64,000 nt of DNA from Phycisphaerae bacterium. GTDB taxonomy: Bacteria > Planctomycetota > Phycisphaerae > UBA1845 > Fen-1342. A program made the translations under genes and the position numbers. This document shows, one piece after another, positions 62,553-64,000 of this stretch. The stretch's first letter is position 1, and each line of letters opens with the position of its first letter. The DNA lies in NCBI GenBank assembly GCA_050115495.1, contig JASFQK010000007.1, positions 100,680 to 164,679 of the forward strand, given 5' to 3'. The notes beneath the pieces were generated by a model, which saw nothing but the letters and a program-made list of their open reading frames with translations, was not told the DNA's origin and ran no database searches.

Positions 62553-62640
62553 GCACTGGTGGGCAAGCCACCAGTGGCACCCGGCGCGCGAATCGGGCGT
62601 GGCTTGGAATTCAACGTCGGCCACGGGGGGCCGACGCTAC
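62553..62640 (-). repeat. two further REP-like hairpins
   Basis: CACTGGTGGGCAAGCCACCAGTGGCAC and ACGTCGGCCACGGGGGGCCGACGCTAC (GTAG-type on the minus strand). Confidence 0.75.
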
Positions 62641-63809
62641 TGGGAACGCGACTCCGAGCGTTGCTGGAGTTCGAGATACAGCCCTTCCAACCGATCCACC
62701 ATGCGATTGTGGTCGAAGCGGTCGAGGCAGTGAGCGCGGCCGGCTTGGCCGTAGGTTCGCCGCTGGGACTCGTCGCCGGCAAGCTCGACCAGGGCGTCGA
62801 CGAACGCGTCGGTCTGCCCGGGCTTGATGAGCCGCCCGGTCTGGCGATCGAGCACGACCTCGGGCGTGCCGTCGATACCGAACGCCACCGCCGGCACCTG
62901 CATGAGCAGCGCCTGCACCACGGCCCGCGGCAGGCCCTCCCATTGCGACGTGTGAGCCAGCACGTCGAAGCCGGCCAGCATCTCCGGCACCCGCTCCGGC
63001 GAAACGAGCCCCGCCAGCGTCGTCCGCTCGTGCAGGCCGAGCCGCTCCAGCTCGGCCTCGTAGTCGCCGCGCTGGGCCCCGTCGCCGACCCAGACGAAAT
63101 GCAGCCGCGGCTCGCGGGCCACCGCCGCCGCCATGACCGGGATGAGCTGCTCGTAGCCCTTGCGGCGGAACAGGCGGGCGATGGTGCCGACGACGACGGT
63201 GTCCGGCCCGACGCCCCACGCCTGCCGCACGGCCGCCCGGGCCTCAGCGGTCGGCGTGAAGCGCGATACCTCCATGCCCGAGTAGACCGTCCGCAGCTTG
63301 CTCCGCTTGCAGACACGGGCGGCGACCGTCTGCTCGATCATCGCGTCGGCGACGGTGACGATGGCGTCGGTGCAGCGGGCGGCCCACCATTCCAGCCAGG
63401 CGTAGAGCCGGCGGATCAGCCACGGCTGCGTGCGGTTGAAGCTCATGCCGTGAATCGTGTGCACGATCAGCGGCACGCGGGCGTCCTCAGCCGCCAGTCG
63501 CCCGATGATGCCCGCCTTGCTGCTGTGCGTGTGGACGATGTCGGGGCGCAGCCGGCGGAACTCCATGCAGAGCATCCGCCGCGCACGGGCGTCCATCCAC
63601 GGGTTGACGGCGCGGATGAGCTCGGGGAGCTCGAGGTACTCGTAGCCGGCGTCGCGGGCGCGTTCGACCAGGCTACCCTCGGGGCCGCGGGTCGGACCGC
63701 TGATGAGCGTGACGCGGTAGCCGCGCTCGTGCAGCCCGGCGCAGGTGAGCAGAGTGTTCTCCTGGGCGCCGCCCACGATGAGCCGGGTGATCACGTGGCA
63801 CACGTGCAT
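62637..63809 (-). CDS. glycosyltransferase family 4
   Basis: HVITRLIVGGAQEN, HTHSSKAG, HTIHG, KGY, EGLPRAVVQA, DGTPEVV. Confidence 0.93.
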   Translation of the reverse strand: MHVCHVITRLIVGGAQENTLLTCAGLHERGYRVTLISGPTRGPEGSLVERARDAGYEYLELPELIRAVNPWMDARARRMLCMEFRRLRPDIVHTHSSKAGIIGRLAAEDARVPLIVHTIHGMSFNRTQPWLIRRLYAWLEWWAARCTDAIVTVADAMIEQTVAARVCKRSKLRTVYSGMEVSRFTPTAEARAAVRQAWGVGPDTVVVGTIARLFRRKGYEQLIPVMAAAVAREPRLHFVWVGDGAQRGDYEAELERLGLHERTTLAGLVSPERVPEMLAGFDVLAHTSQWEGLPRAVVQALLMQVPAVAFGIDGTPEVVLDRQTGRLIKPGQTDAFVDALVELAGDESQRRTYGQAGRAHCLDRFDHNRMVDRLEGLYLELQQRSESRSQ

Positions 63810-63951
63810 CGGGGCATTATGGCGGCAGGGAGGGCGGCGGGTAAACAAAGGGATCTTCGCGAGACGTCGCGGATGTAATCCCATGAAAGGCTGCCTCCTG
63901 CCGGGAACGGTTATCGTTTCCGGTGGGATTCTCTGGAAGCAGGAGACAGCC

Positions 63952-64000
63952 ATGGGAATGCAGACGAGCGTATCGCAGATTGGGATGGACGTCCACCGAA
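63952..64000 (+). mobile_element. 5' end of probable IS110-family transposase (truncated by window edge)
   Basis: MGMQTSVSQIGMDVHR matches the IS110 DEDD N-terminal 'IGxDVH' motif; AGGAG RBS within a long hairpin; only 16 codons visible. Confidence 0.6.

Overview
High-GC bacterial chromosomal segment. It is most consistent with a Planctomycetota (probably Phycisphaerae-like) genome; this is an inference from the H-X9-DG prepilin-like protein, dockerin-like C-termini, a FlgI-HEAT fusion and many orphan lipoproteins. About 50 genes are present. Housekeeping genes include nadK (partial), lnt, glyA, truA, ispD, rluB, leuS, xerC, dsbD and two hsp20. The envelope content is rich: a minus-strand wza-exosortase-EpsI-giant TPR-wzc operon, two tandem PEP-CTERM proteins, dockerin-tailed secreted proteins, a tandemly duplicated protein with an unfamiliar 4x ~60-aa repeat, a sigma54-type porin plus small lipoprotein, a tandem dynamin-like GTPase pair, and orphan Flp pilin and FlgI-like genes. 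Signals not in the ORF track: a 38-aa membrane microprotein with its own promoter; three same-spacing sigma28/WhiG-like promoters; several REP-like palindrome families, including a 185-bp composite element present twice; two GTAG-REP hairpins embedded in frame inside yyaL; and the start of a probable IS110-family recombinase at the right edge. No rRNA, tRNA or CRISPR array was seen. All calls are by eye from motifs; no database searches were run.
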